64,000 nucleotides of DNA from an uncultured Candidatus Saccharibacteria bacterium (GCA_965231085.1 OZ246413.1:411234-475233), one strand, 5' to 3'; counted from the stretch's first letter, positions 18,992-28,985 are shown. Numbers and translations are program-made. The notes: generated by a model from the letters alone, not told the origin.

Positions 18992-20469
18992 GAGTTAAGT
19001 TTTACCTTTTGTTCTAGGTGATCAATTAGATATTTAGCATTTAACTTTTCGCCTGTGATTTTCTCTATTAGCTGACTGGCACTATACCTGCGGCCTTCCT
19101 TATGAATGTTTTGTCTGAGCCAGACGAGTAATGGTTTGAAGTTCCCCTTAGCAAAAGACTCCTCGAGGCCTGGAATTTGTTTTTTGACCGTATTATAAAG
19201 TTGGGCAGCATTAAGATTACCTAAAGTATAGGATGGGAAATAGCCAAAAGCTCCGTGAGCCCAATGGACATCCTGCAATACCCCAAGGGCATCATCTTTT
19301 ATATCTAAGCCAAGATATTTTTTAACTTTTTCATTCCAGGCAGCCGGCAAGTCAGCAGCCGATAAAGATCCCTCTATCAAAGCTTTCTCAAGTTCGTATC
19401 TGAGAATTATATGCAAGTTATATGTAACTTCGTCCGACTCAACTCTGATTGGAGTAAGTTCTACCCTATTAATCCACATAAACAAATCTGTTTCGCTATA
19501 ACCAAGTTCACCAAAATTATTTTCAAGAATTGGATATAAATAACTAATAAATGATGGACTCTTGGCAACAAGATTTTCCCAAAGCCTAGACTGTGACTCA
19601 TGAATACTTAAACTCAAGGCCTCTCCCAGAGGTGTACCCCAGCTCTCTGCTGGTAAGCCTTGCTCATACATAGCGTGTCCTGCTTCGTGGATTACCGACC
19701 CAAGAGAAACCCAAAAATCCTTATCGTCATAGCGAGTGGTCACCCGAACATCACTCGAGTGAATCGTGGTTTCAAATGGATGCGGGCTAGCGTCAACCCT
19801 ACCGCCCTGAAGATCGTAACCCAAAGTAGATATTACTAGTCGATTTACATTTTGCTGGGTAGCAATATCATAACTCTTAGATGGTAGTTTCTTGACTGAG
19901 TTACCGTGATTCTCATCGACTAATCGCGCTATTGAATTTGCCAGTGGTATAAAAACATTGTCAACTTCTCTAACATTTAGCCCTGGCTCAAAACTATCCA
20001 ACAGAGCATCGTAGGGCGAGTGCTCATAACCGATAAGCTCTGCTTCTTCCTGCTTTAGTTTTATAGTCTTTGTTAGTATTGGTTCAAATTTTTTGTAGTT
20101 CGATTCTTCCCTGGCGTTAGCCCAAATCCCAAAAGCTTCGCTTGTTAATTGGGCAGTTCGCTCAACAAACTCAACCGGAAGCTTCGTAGCAAGATCAATA
20201 TCTCTCTTGGTCTCACGAACGATTACTTGATCATCCTGGTTAAGCGACTTAAATACTTCTGGCTGCGCCAAATCATAAACCTGTTTTTTTAATTTTGGGG
20301 ATGTTATTCGCTTATGTGCTTCAGCTGAGAGCAACGCCAAAACTTCGCCTCTAAAGCCATGCCCGTTTTCTGGTAAATTAACCTCTTCGTCCCAGGCAAG
20401 CAATGCTAAAGCAGAACTATATTTTGAAATTATTTTAAGTTCATTGACAAGTTTTTTTGTATCAGCCAT
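18988..20469 (-). CDS. Carboxypeptidase Taq-type metallopeptidase (M32 family)
   Basis: HEAGHAMYEQG (HExxH), the HPF motif (ASPHPFETT) and HESQSRLWEN are M32 signatures. Confidence 0.85.
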   Translation of the reverse strand: MADTKKLVNELKIISKYSSALALLAWDEEVNLPENGHGFRGEVLALLSAEAHKRITSPKLKKQVYDLAQPEVFKSLNQDDQVIVRETKRDIDLATKLPVEFVERTAQLTSEAFGIWANAREESNYKKFEPILTKTIKLKQEEAELIGYEHSPYDALLDSFEPGLNVREVDNVFIPLANSIARLVDENHGNSVKKLPSKSYDIATQQNVNRLVISTLGYDLQGGRVDASPHPFETTIHSSDVRVTTRYDDKDFWVSLGSVIHEAGHAMYEQGLPAESWGTPLGEALSLSIHESQSRLWENLVAKSPSFISYLYPILENNFGELGYSETDLFMWINRVELTPIRVESDEVTYNLHIILRYELEKALIEGSLSAADLPAAWNEKVKKYLGLDIKDDALGVLQDVHWAHGAFGYFPSYTLGNLNAAQLYNTVKKQIPGLEESFAKGNFKPLLVWLRQNIHKEGRRYSASQLIEKITGEKLNAKYLIDHLEQKVKLNS

Positions 20470-20530
20470 CGCTTTATTTTAACAAACTATGAGTTTGTAT
20501 ATGTTGTTGTTTAGATAGTTATACTAGCTA

Positions 20531-21247
20531 TCAAATTCCACTAACGTGAAATAAAACGCCTATACCATAGGTCACTATCATCGCCATCGCTCCTCCAAGC
20601 ACAACTCTGACGATTGCCGGACGTACTGGCGCTTTGCCAACTTTCGCGCTTAATGCTCCCGTAATAAACAGTGCGACTATAACTGATATGAACGTTGCCG
20701 GAAGTCTTAGGTTCGCAGGCGGTAATAAAATTGTAATAATTGGTAGCGCTGAACCTATCAGAAATGAAATTGCGGAAGCAATTGCGGCATTCCAGGGGCT
20801 AGCAAGTTCATTGGGGTCAATTTTAAGCTCCGCCTCAGCATGAGCTGCAAAATCGTCATGCTTGGTTAATTCCTGAGCAACTAATGTTGCCGTCGAATGG
20901 TTCAATCCTTTTGCCTGATATATTTTGATTAGTTCCGCTTCTTCCATGTCGGGGTAATGTTTAAGTTCGAATTTTTCCTTGGCCAGTAAGGCTTTTTCCG
21001 TATCTCGCTGGCTACTAACCGAAACATACTCTCCAGCAGCCATGGAAATGGCCCCCGCCACAACACCCGCCACACCGGCAGTTAATATTGCTGATTTAGA
21101 TGCTTCCGCCCCAGCGACGCCCACAACAAGGCCTGATATCGAGACAATCCCATCGTTTGCTCCCAAAACTGCTGCTCTGAGCTTATTGAGCTTGGCTCCA
21201 GTTCTTTCACCGTGAACTTCTAGAATGTCATGTTTATTTTTTACCAT
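20531..21247 (-). CDS. VIT1/CCC1 family iron/manganese transporter
   Basis: LGANDGIVSISGLVVGVAGA, GEYVSVSSQRD, a cytoplasmic helical metal-binding segment and C-terminal TM helices. Confidence 0.8.
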   Translation of the reverse strand: MVKNKHDILEVHGERTGAKLNKLRAAVLGANDGIVSISGLVVGVAGAEASKSAILTAGVAGVVAGAISMAAGEYVSVSSQRDTEKALLAKEKFELKHYPDMEEAELIKIYQAKGLNHSTATLVAQELTKHDDFAAHAEAELKIDPNELASPWNAAIASAISFLIGSALPIITILLPPANLRLPATFISVIVALFITGALSAKVGKAPVRPAIVRVVLGGAMAMIVTYGIGVLFHVSGI

Positions 21248-21312
21248 CTAACATTATTCTAGATCCGATAAGCCAGACGGTCAATTTTCATAAGTCAGTT
21301 AGAAGACTAGGG

Positions 21313-22530
21313 TTAAGCCGCCACTGTATCTTGATTTACTAAATCTTCTCTCTTCCATTTACTAGTGATTGTTTTTATATCAATAACCGCTTTAAGTGTT
21401 CGAGTGTCACCGACACTTGGATATAGGTCAATAGTTTCGGCTTCATTTTGATCGTTTCGATGCTCAATCCCACCACAGGCATATTCTGCCCATCTTTCGT
21501 CTGGATGAAGTTGAACATTTTCTCCGGGATACTGTGCTTCAAGCATAGCAACCGTTAAAGTTGGCTCTTCGCTAACATTATCCACTCCGTACATACCATC
21601 TTCTTTAATAAACAGTCTGGCGGTACCGATGGCATACAAGGGCTTGCCGTTCACATACTTAAACCCATGGATAACGAACAGAGCTTCTGTTTTGTTTAAC
21701 CAAACGGGCGGCATAGTTGTACCCATTCTTGCCTCCCCCCACTCCGGACGCGGTTCAGGAAAAGCTACCTCTTGTAGTTCTGTAACTTGGTTATCTTTGT
21801 CGACTGAAAATATTGTCAGAATGTGGTTATGCGAATCTTGTCTGAACATAAAATTATTATGCTCATCATCTGGGTTGAGTTTAAGCGGTGTTACGTTCTT
21901 GCCGGAAAGCAATTCAAACCTGTCATTGCCGTGCCCAATAGGGGTCGTTTCGTAACCTTGGCCAAAATCCTTAACATGGAACGTGTCTGGAAAGCGACCA
22001 CTCACCAAAGCCCCGCCGGGTACTCTAGTCACTGCCGGAAAAGGCTTATACTCATTTGCCTCGTGATCAAAAGCCAAGCGAGTGCAACCCATAACCAAAT
22101 CCCCTTCACGGGTCATGATGACTCGTACATCTTCTAGCTGATCGCCATATCTTTCTGGATCTTCCGGGCGCCAAACTTCCAGGCTAGAAACGACACTACC
22201 ATCCGGGCCAAGTCCCAGTAGAACTAAGGTACCGACATCTGGATCTCCTTGTTTTGAAGCTTCCTTAACCATCCGTCCGAGTAGATAGGTTGTACCATTG
22301 AGTTCAAAAGCAGCGGCATTATAAAATCCATCTGGCATACCTGGAATCTTTTGTATTTCTATAACTCCATCTGACATTCTCTCACTGGTTTTATGCACTG
22401 GATTGACGTCAATGCCTAAGCGGTTCAGCAGCATAGCCTCCCTGCCTATTTCTTTTAGGGTTGAAGCTGCCGGTGTGATCGGTTCAGTTGAACTTTTTCC
22501 GATGTCTTCTTTTTCGTGTGGGTTAACCAT
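21313..22530 (-). CDS. Hypothetical protein, possibly GH130/DUF377-like five-bladed beta-propeller
   Basis: Weak motif resemblance only: GDQLEDVRVIMTREGD (EDPR-like) and MGTTMPPVWLNKTEALFVIHGF (G-x-x-PP...HG pattern). No signal peptide. Confidence 0.4.
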   Translation of the reverse strand: MVNPHEKEDIGKSSTEPITPAASTLKEIGREAMLLNRLGIDVNPVHKTSERMSDGVIEIQKIPGMPDGFYNAAAFELNGTTYLLGRMVKEASKQGDPDVGTLVLLGLGPDGSVVSSLEVWRPEDPERYGDQLEDVRVIMTREGDLVMGCTRLAFDHEANEYKPFPAVTRVPGGALVSGRFPDTFHVKDFGQGYETTPIGHGNDRFELLSGKNVTPLKLNPDDEHNNFMFRQDSHNHILTIFSVDKDNQVTELQEVAFPEPRPEWGEARMGTTMPPVWLNKTEALFVIHGFKYVNGKPLYAIGTARLFIKEDGMYGVDNVSEEPTLTVAMLEAQYPGENVQLHPDERWAEYACGGIEHRNDQNEAETIDLYPSVGDTRTLKAVIDIKTITSKWKREDLVNQDTVAA

Positions 22531-22616
22531 TGTATGTGTTTTGATTAAGGTGTTATAAACGTAACTATAATACTATTTTTCAAAACTACAAGATGACTAG
22601 ATGATAGAATAGATTT

Positions 22617-23003
22617 ATGAACCCACAGCAACCAAAACTCGAAGGTACAAAACTAGCTGATTTTACACCGGCCGGGCCTATAACCCAGCTACAAATTATT
22701 GACATCAAAGAAGGTTCGGGAGAGGCCGTAGCAGAAGGCGCTACTATTACTGCTCACTACACCGGAGCTCTAGCTTCAGATGGTACGATTTTTCAAAGTT
22801 CGCATGATTTTGGTAGACCAATTAGTTTTGGTCTCAATCAAGTAATTAACGGCTGGACCGAGGGAGTACCTGGAATGAAAATTGGCGGCAAGAGAAGACT
22901 AGTAATTCCGGCTGCTCAGGCCTATGGCTCTCAGTCACCGGCTCCAAATATCCCTGCTAATTCTGATTTAGTTTTCGATATCGAACTTGTGGCGATAGCA
23001 TAG
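22617..23003 (+). CDS. FKBP-type peptidyl-prolyl cis-trans isomerase
   Basis: VINGWTEGVPGMKIGGKRRLVIPAAQAYG and LVFDIELV are classic FKBP motifs. Confidence 0.9.
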   Translation: MNPQQPKLEGTKLADFTPAGPITQLQIIDIKEGSGEAVAEGATITAHYTGALASDGTIFQSSHDFGRPISFGLNQVINGWTEGVPGMKIGGKRRLVIPAAQAYGSQSPAPNIPANSDLVFDIELVAIA

Positions 23004-23007
23004 AAAT

Positions 23008-24549
23008 TTAAAGATAAAGTAATTTACTGTTCGGATAAACCAAAACTTGGCTGCCATCATCAAGTAAATCTCTGCTTAGAGGTAGCCCCAGCTGATCTAT
23101 AATCGCCTGGCTAGAACATTCGCTAGGGTTATTGTTTATTGAAACGCCATCTAGTATCAATGCTACTTTTGCTTGGGTAGCTAATTTTGGTTCGTTTCTA
23201 TACGAGCTGGCATGGACCAATTTAGTCCCGGAACACGCTTTTGGATATGGCGCTGAGACAATCAGATTTGTGTAATAGGCTAAGGGCGTGGCAGTATCTA
23301 GGCTGGCATAAGTAGCCTGATAGTTATGAGTTTTTATATATCTAGCAACACTAATTAAATGATCATCAGGCAATTCCCTACTATGCCAAGCCAATAATGT
23401 TGTTCTACCTATAAGAACTACACCGATGCCAATCGCAACAATCGTGATTAATTTAATAAGTTTAGCAATCTTATCTATCGACAAACTAGCAATGCTCAAG
23501 GCAATAATTGGCCCGAGCATAATTAAGTATCTTGAAGTATCCGCCTGAGCGGCCTTGCCGCTAATAATGTAAACGGTTTCATTAATTACCATAAAACAAA
23601 CAATTAATAATATAAGCCTTCTAGGTATACCGCGATTAATAATATCTTTAATGATTATGATCAGCCCGATAACTAATAAAGACGTACAAATTAGCATAAA
23701 CGAGCGTCCAGCATCTAAACCACCGTCTAGCTGTCGCAGGCTAGCATGCGCTGCCTGTTTGATCGCATTAGCTAAACCTGAGAGGCTGGTAAGTGGTTGA
23801 GTAGCACTGGTTGAATTGATAGTAATATTTAATATCTTATACACTAGTTTGCTGATAAGTAGGCTTAGCCCAAAAGAGCCGATAAGTGCAGCCGAGCCAA
23901 GTGATGCCACCCGCCAAGTTATGTTTTTTGATACCGCCAAAACTAATATATAAATCAATATTGGTGCAGCCACCATATAAAACATTAGATTATCGGCAAA
24001 GAATACTAATGTGGCTAGGCTACATAAATATATAAAATTTTTCCTAGTCTGGGCACGAATAAACCTCAGAGCTCCTAGCAGCACAAATAACGCACCGGCG
24101 ACTTCCAGGTTACGTGAGTTTGCATATTGTACCCAAAATTCTGAGCCAGCAATCATTGATAACCAAACCATGGCTATGTATAGCATTGCTCCGGCCTTGA
24201 TTTTGAATTCTGCAAGTATTTTTTTGAGTGCAATGAAAATTAGAAGATAAGTTAGCAAATTAATAAGAATGGTCAGAACTAATAATTTAACCTTAGGCAG
24301 ACCATGGATTAAATCCATTGGCATATAAAATAGGAATATTTTTAATAAGTAGTTTGTACTGCCCAGCACAATATTTTCGTTGTAGCCATGAAGCCAAGAG
24401 TGAGCCAGCACTTGCTGCGTTGTTAGGTCATAAGTTGATGGTCTAGTGAAAAACCTCAGGCAAGTCCAAAAAATAATAAAATAAGCACTAGTTAATAAGG
24501 TGATCTGTATCTTAAAGCGCCGAACTAAGCTTAAAGGAATCTCTAACAT
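23008..24549 (-). CDS. Polytopic membrane protein (513 aa), possibly GT-C-type glycosyltransferase
   Basis: About 12 hydrophobic helices followed by a soluble C-terminal domain of about 120 aa. This architecture is typical of lipid-linked-sugar transferases. No specific motif recognised. Confidence 0.4.
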   Translation of the reverse strand: MLEIPLSLVRRFKIQITLLTSAYFIIFWTCLRFFTRPSTYDLTTQQVLAHSWLHGYNENIVLGSTNYLLKIFLFYMPMDLIHGLPKVKLLVLTILINLLTYLLIFIALKKILAEFKIKAGAMLYIAMVWLSMIAGSEFWVQYANSRNLEVAGALFVLLGALRFIRAQTRKNFIYLCSLATLVFFADNLMFYMVAAPILIYILVLAVSKNITWRVASLGSAALIGSFGLSLLISKLVYKILNITINSTSATQPLTSLSGLANAIKQAAHASLRQLDGGLDAGRSFMLICTSLLVIGLIIIIKDIINRGIPRRLILLIVCFMVINETVYIISGKAAQADTSRYLIMLGPIIALSIASLSIDKIAKLIKLITIVAIGIGVVLIGRTTLLAWHSRELPDDHLISVARYIKTHNYQATYASLDTATPLAYYTNLIVSAPYPKACSGTKLVHASSYRNEPKLATQAKVALILDGVSINNNPSECSSQAIIDQLGLPLSRDLLDDGSQVLVYPNSKLLYL

Positions 24550-24784
24550 CTTTGCAGCTATTATATATAAATATGGAGCAAAATACTTTGTTTAGCATAA
24601 GCGTTTGCGCAAAATCATAATATATTATGGTATTAGCAGTCTGTGTGTTACTATCTAGTTAAGCAAGTGGTTAGTTAAAACCTCTCCGACAGTCTGAAGT
24701 TAGTCCTATCAAAGACAAAACTATCACATCGGTCAGCAGATAAGTAAACGCGAGTGATATTAAGTAAATGATAGGAATAAAATA

Positions 24785-25078
24785 ATGGCAAGTAAATTAT
24801 ACGTAGGCGGCTTAGCCTACAGCGTAAATGATCAAGAACTAGAACAAATTTTTGCAGCTCACGGTACAGTTACAAGTGCGACAGTTATCAAGGATCGCGA
24901 AAGTGGCCAATCAAAAGGCTTCGGCTTTGTTGAAATGAGCACTGACGAAGAAGCGAAAGCAGCAATTAGCGCTCTAAACGACACCGAAGTTAGCGGTCGT
25001 AAGATCATAGTTAATGAAGCACGCCCACAAGAAGATCGACCACGTGGCGGTGGTGGTTTTAATAGCCGACGCTACTAA
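24785..25078 (+). CDS. RNA-binding protein with RRM domain and RGG tail
   Basis: RNP2 LYVGGL, RNP1 KGFGFVEM, and C-terminal RPRGGGGFNSRRY. Confidence 0.9.
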   Translation: MASKLYVGGLAYSVNDQELEQIFAAHGTVTSATVIKDRESGQSKGFGFVEMSTDEEAKAAISALNDTEVSGRKIIVNEARPQEDRPRGGGGFNSRRY

Positions 25079-25115
25079 ACAACTAATACTAATACCAAAA
25101 ATAAGATAGGTGGGA

Positions 25116-25139
25116 AAGTAGCCTAGCAATAGGCTACTT
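25116..25139 (+). terminator. Hairpin downstream of the RRM gene
   Basis: AAGTAGCCTA-gcaa-TAGGCTACTT is a perfect 10-bp stem. The T-tail is weak (TAATCTATT). Confidence 0.45.
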
Positions 25140-25147
25140 AATCTATT

Positions 25148-26188
25148 ATGAATAAAATTAATAAGCATATTGAGATAGTCCGCTCTACCGAAAAAGGTTT
25201 GAGCTCTATTAGTGTTAACTCAAGCCATCATTTGGTCCAAGCTCTCTCAAACCATTATCAAACAGTCGGAATCTCAATTATCAACAACCTGAGCGACCTT
25301 GATAAACTTGTGGAATTAAAACCCGATCTTGTTTTTCTGGGCATTAATTTTTTACCAAGAAATCAGAAACTAGGACTCCTCGATAACGACAAAATTTGGG
25401 TAACCGATTATCTTGAGGAACATGGTATTGCCTATACTGGGTCTGCTCGAATTGCTCACGAACTAGAGATAGATAAATCAATAGCCAAGCGTTTAGTTGC
25501 AAGTGTCGGGCTTAGAACTTCGCCATTTTTTATTATCACAACCGACCAATCTAGGGGTAAAACCGACCCCGCTCTAACTTTCCCTGTATTTATTAAACCA
25601 ACCAGCCGAGGTGGGGGTTTAGGAATAGATAGTAAATCTAAGGTCAATAATCACGATGAGCTTTGGGCAAAAGTTAGCTCGATTGCCTCAACCTATAACT
25701 CTGACTCTATTATAGAAAGCTACTTGCCAGGCCGGGAGTTCACTGTTGCTATCCTTAAAAATGTTGGCCTAGCAACTTATTCTGTTATGCCATTAGAGCT
25801 TATAGCCGTTGCTGACGAAAATGGCGATCGTATACTAAGCAATCAGGCCAAGAAAGACGACACCGAATCTGCTATTGCGATTACAGACGCCAGTCTAAAG
25901 CTTGAACTATCCAAATTCGCACTTGATGTTTTTACGTTAATTAATGGGCGAGACTTTGGACGTATAGATATTCGCTTGGACGAGTTGGGTCGGCCAAATT
26001 TCTTGGAAGCAAATCTTATCCCAAGCTTAACTCCTGAGTTTGGCAACTTCCCTAAAGCCTGCGCTTTAAACATTGGGCTAGATTACGAATCAATGGTATT
26101 AAGAATTATCAGCCTGGCATTCGACCGCTACACAGACAAGAGCCCAAAGAAAGTTGAAACTATCAACTTGTCTTCGGTTTTAGCCTAG
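25148..26188 (+). CDS. ATP-grasp enzyme of the D-Ala-D-Ala ligase family (divergent paralog)
   Basis: FPVFIKPTSRGGGLGIDSKSKV and GRIDIRLDELGRPNFLEANLIPSLTP match Ddl-type ATP-grasp motifs. It lacks the canonical N-terminal GGxSxEHEVS segment that the ddl at 39080..40249 has. Confidence 0.65.
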   Translation: MNKINKHIEIVRSTEKGLSSISVNSSHHLVQALSNHYQTVGISIINNLSDLDKLVELKPDLVFLGINFLPRNQKLGLLDNDKIWVTDYLEEHGIAYTGSARIAHELEIDKSIAKRLVASVGLRTSPFFIITTDQSRGKTDPALTFPVFIKPTSRGGGLGIDSKSKVNNHDELWAKVSSIASTYNSDSIIESYLPGREFTVAILKNVGLATYSVMPLELIAVADENGDRILSNQAKKDDTESAIAITDASLKLELSKFALDVFTLINGRDFGRIDIRLDELGRPNFLEANLIPSLTPEFGNFPKACALNIGLDYESMVLRIISLAFDRYTDKSPKKVETINLSSVLA

Positions 26189-26854
26189 TATATTTACCGC
26201 TCGTGCGGTAACCAGTACAACTGTAAGCAATGATATGAGCGCCTGAATACTCATTAGGGCTTTAGCTCGATGTGTTATGGGTAATGTGTCTGTTGGACTA
26301 AAAGCCGTGCCATTGGTAAGTGATACATAAAGATAATCAATAAAATTTGGTTTCCACGCCGATAGGCCACCAGAGTACTGAGGAAACAGAAAATTCTCGT
26401 TGGCCCTGTTTTTATGCTTACCGCTAAGACCAGGGCTATCTAGCTCCCAATACCACAGCCCAAACATAATGATGTTCGTTAAGAAAATTGCCAGCGCGCC
26501 ACTCAGCAGAGTCTTACCAGGCAAGTGAGTACCATTTATAAGTGCTTTGGTGAGCAATGCCAGCTGGCCAGCATTAGCGAGACTCACCAAACTTATAAGC
26601 AACACTGACAGCCCTCTGTGCGTCCTAGCACTACTGGTGTGGCGCCTAGGGCCTGTAAAGCCAACTGCAAAAACCAGAAGCAGCTCAAGTGCCGCAACTA
26701 AATACTTAGGGCCAAACCTCAGTGAATCAGTTAGTGTTAGCTGCAAAGCTATCGCAGTTAAAATTGTAATTTGAGCGTACCAAAGCTCGCGTCTTGTTAT
26801 AGGATGCATCATATAAATAGAATTATAGCTCAAGCTGGCAATATCAACGAGCAA
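26180..26854 (-). CDS. DUF1345-like membrane protein
   Basis: Four to five TM helices; FGLWYWELD and YLYVSLTNGTAFSPTD resemble DUF1345. The track start is TTG; ATG at 26812 (MMHPITRR) is more likely. Confidence 0.5.
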   Translation of the reverse strand: MLVDIASLSYNSIYMMHPITRRELWYAQITILTAIALQLTLTDSLRFGPKYLVAALELLLVFAVGFTGPRRHTSSARTHRGLSVLLISLVSLANAGQLALLTKALINGTHLPGKTLLSGALAIFLTNIIMFGLWYWELDSPGLSGKHKNRANENFLFPQYSGGLSAWKPNFIDYLYVSLTNGTAFSPTDTLPITHRAKALMSIQALISLLTVVLVTARAVNILG

Positions 26855-27004
26855 ACGCTATAATAACAGGGGTAAATTTGTTTTACCAAAATTAAAGCCC
26901 AAGATTTATCTGGATTTAATTTTGAGAGGAGAAGTCGAGTGCAAAATGAAGTCCAAAAGCTAGTTGTTAGTTTTTGGACAAATTACAAACTCGTACTTAG
27001 ACGA

Positions 27005-27078
27005 TGGGAGTTGGCCAAGCGGTAAGGCACTGGGTTCTGGTCCCAGGATCGGGGGTTCGAATCCCTCACTCCCAGCCA
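27005..27078 (+). tRNA. tRNA-Gln (anticodon CTG)
   Basis: Cloverleaf by hand: acceptor TGGGAGT/ACTCCCA with the U1:A72 pair typical of tRNA-Gln, anticodon arm CTGGG-TTCTGGT-CCCAG, T arm GGGGG-TTCGAAT-CCCTC, encoded CCA. Confidence 0.9.
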
Positions 27079-27082
27079 TAGT

Positions 27083-27688
27083 TTGATTTTTATGTCTAAT
27101 CATACCCACAATAACGTTGGAGATGCCGGGGATTCTCAGCCTGCATTCTACGATTTTAGCGATCAAATTCGATCGGCCATTGAAGGTGCATTAATTACGC
27201 CGCTTAATACAGCAGATATTCCGGATCCTGAAGTCGCGTCTGTGATCAATGGATTAAGATTTGGAAGAACAACCGAAATGGGCGTGCACGACCAAACGTC
27301 CGCTGACTCGGAAGTTGCAACAATTTCTGTAGATAACCCGCATGAATATTTTGTTTTGCTCACACAGGCCTATATGGCGCTTGTATTAAATAAAGATCCT
27401 GCTCTGCTTAGATCTATCGTGGCCACAGAGTTCGACCATGAAATGGATCATGCAGCGGCAGCATCAATAGTGGGTGAGGTATCCATGAAATATTCAGTTA
27501 CATTCTCAAAAGAGCCTTTGCCAGACGGAAGAAGTTTAGTTTGGGTTAACCCACACGTAAGTCTTACTCTCGAGCCATTTTTATCAGGACCAGATTTGGC
27601 GTTTATTTCCTTAGCTCCAGCCGAACCATCACGAACCGACGTCGAGCTAGCCGAGTCTCTAGGCTACAGTCTTGGAGATTTTAGGTGA
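27083..27688 (+). CDS. Hypothetical protein with HExxH motif
   Basis: The ORF starts 5 nt after tRNA-Gln (ATG at 27092 is likelier). It contains TEFDHEMDHAAAA (H-E-x-x-H). No TM segment and no recognised family. Confidence 0.45.
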   Translation: MIFMSNHTHNNVGDAGDSQPAFYDFSDQIRSAIEGALITPLNTADIPDPEVASVINGLRFGRTTEMGVHDQTSADSEVATISVDNPHEYFVLLTQAYMALVLNKDPALLRSIVATEFDHEMDHAAAASIVGEVSMKYSVTFSKEPLPDGRSLVWVNPHVSLTLEPFLSGPDLAFISLAPAEPSRTDVELAESLGYSLGDFR

Positions 27689-27697
27689 GGTACCTGC

Positions 27698-28297
27698 TTA
27701 ACTAGTTAAGCGTTTTTCTACTTCGTCCCAGTTAATCAGCTTCCAGAAAGCTTCTATATAGTCCGGTCGTTTGTTTTGATATTTCAAATAGTAGGCATGC
27801 TCCCAAACATCCAGCCCCAGTAGCGGCGTTTTGCCCTCCATTAGCGGACTGTCTTGGTTAGCTGTTGAGTAAATTCCATACTGGTCACCGCTTTTAACTA
27901 ACCAAGCCCAACCAGAACCAAAGCGACTCGTTGCGGCATCGCTAAATAGTTTCTTGAATTCTTCAAAACTTCCAAATTTGGAATTAATAATTTCTGCCAC
28001 CTTGTCAGTCGGTTCATTAGCGCCACCAGGTGTTATAGTTTTCCAAAACATTGTGTGATTAGCGTGGCCGCCGCCGTTATTTTGTACGGCTGTGCGTACT
28101 TCTTCGGGCACGTTTTTAATATCGCCTAAAATTTCCTCAATGGATTTTGTTTGCCAATCTGGATACTTTTCTAGAGCTGTATTTAATTTATCTACGTATG
28201 CTTGGTGATGCTTGGAATAGTGAATCTCCATAGTCTTGGCATCTATATGTGGCTCAAGCGCGGCATAGTCAAAACCTAGTTCTGGTAATGTAAACAT
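27698..28297 (-). CDS. sodA: Fe/Mn superoxide dismutase
   Basis: [22 protein letters not shown], and [18 protein letters not shown]. Confidence 0.95.
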   Translation of the reverse strand: MFTLPELGFDYAALEPHIDAKTMEIHYSKHHQAYVDKLNTALEKYPDWQTKSIEEILGDIKNVPEEVRTAVQNNGGGHANHTMFWKTITPGGANEPTDKVAEIINSKFGSFEEFKKLFSDAATSRFGSGWAWLVKSGDQYGIYSTANQDSPLMEGKTPLLGLDVWEHAYYLKYQNKRPDYIEAFWKLINWDEVEKRLTS

Positions 28298-28343
28298 TTT
28301 TATTCTCCAGTTTAAGTAGTACTAATAATTATAGCACCCTGGG

Positions 28344-28985
28344 CTATCTAGAATTTTCTTTGCGCCATTTATCAATTTCGGCATGATGACCGCTCAATAA
28401 AACGTCTGGCACCTTTAGACCTCTGTATTTTTCTGGCCGTGTGTAGTGTGGATGTTCAATATCACTACCCCGACTGTAGCTTTCTTTCTCGGCACTTGTT
28501 TCACCACCTAGCACCCCCGGTATTAGACGTGTAACGGCATCAGCAACTATCATGGCTGGCAGCTCCCCACCGGTTAGCACATATTTGCCAACTGTTAGTT
28601 GTTTGTCTACCAGTGTAGTTATTCGCTCATCGTACCCCTCATACCTACCGCAAATTATTATTAGTCCGTTTTCGGTGGCTGCAAATTCGCGGGCCATCTC
28701 TTGGTTGAACTCATCGCCACGCGGAGTCATTAAAAGTACTTTCGCATCAGGATCATTTTTTTTAGCATGTTCTACAGCTTCAAATAAAGGCTCCGGTTTT
28801 AATACCATACCGTCTCCCCCACCATACGGAATATCGTCAACGACTTTGCGCTGGCCAATACCAAAATCCCGCAGATTAATTAGATGATATTCAACCAAGT
28901 TTTCTTTTTGGGCTTTCCAAAGCATGCTGGAATTAAGCACTCCGTCAAACATCTCCGGAAAAATTGTAATAATCTGTATTTTCAT
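28344..28985 (-). CDS. trmD: tRNA (guanine37-N1)-methyltransferase
   Basis: IITIFPEMF, DDIPYGGGDGMVLKPEP, ICGRYEGYDERI, and VLTGGELPAM. Confidence 0.95.
   Translation of the reverse strand: MKIQIITIFPEMFDGVLNSSMLWKAQKENLVEYHLINLRDFGIGQRKVVDDIPYGGGDGMVLKPEPLFEAVEHAKKNDPDAKVLLMTPRGDEFNQEMAREFAATENGLIIICGRYEGYDERITTLVDKQLTVGKYVLTGGELPAMIVADAVTRLIPGVLGGETSAEKESYSRGSDIEHPHYTRPEKYRGLKVPDVLLSGHHAEIDKWRKENSR

Noticed and set aside
26960-27166. Track ORFs that overlap tRNA genes: 26960-27166 minus over tRNA-Gln, 53452-53697 minus over tRNA-Leu(CAG), and the N-terminus of 43526-43777 over tRNA-Ala.
   Set aside because: The tRNA cloverleaves are unambiguous and the ORFs read straight through them. For 43526-43777, only the part downstream of the internal ATG at 43729 was kept.
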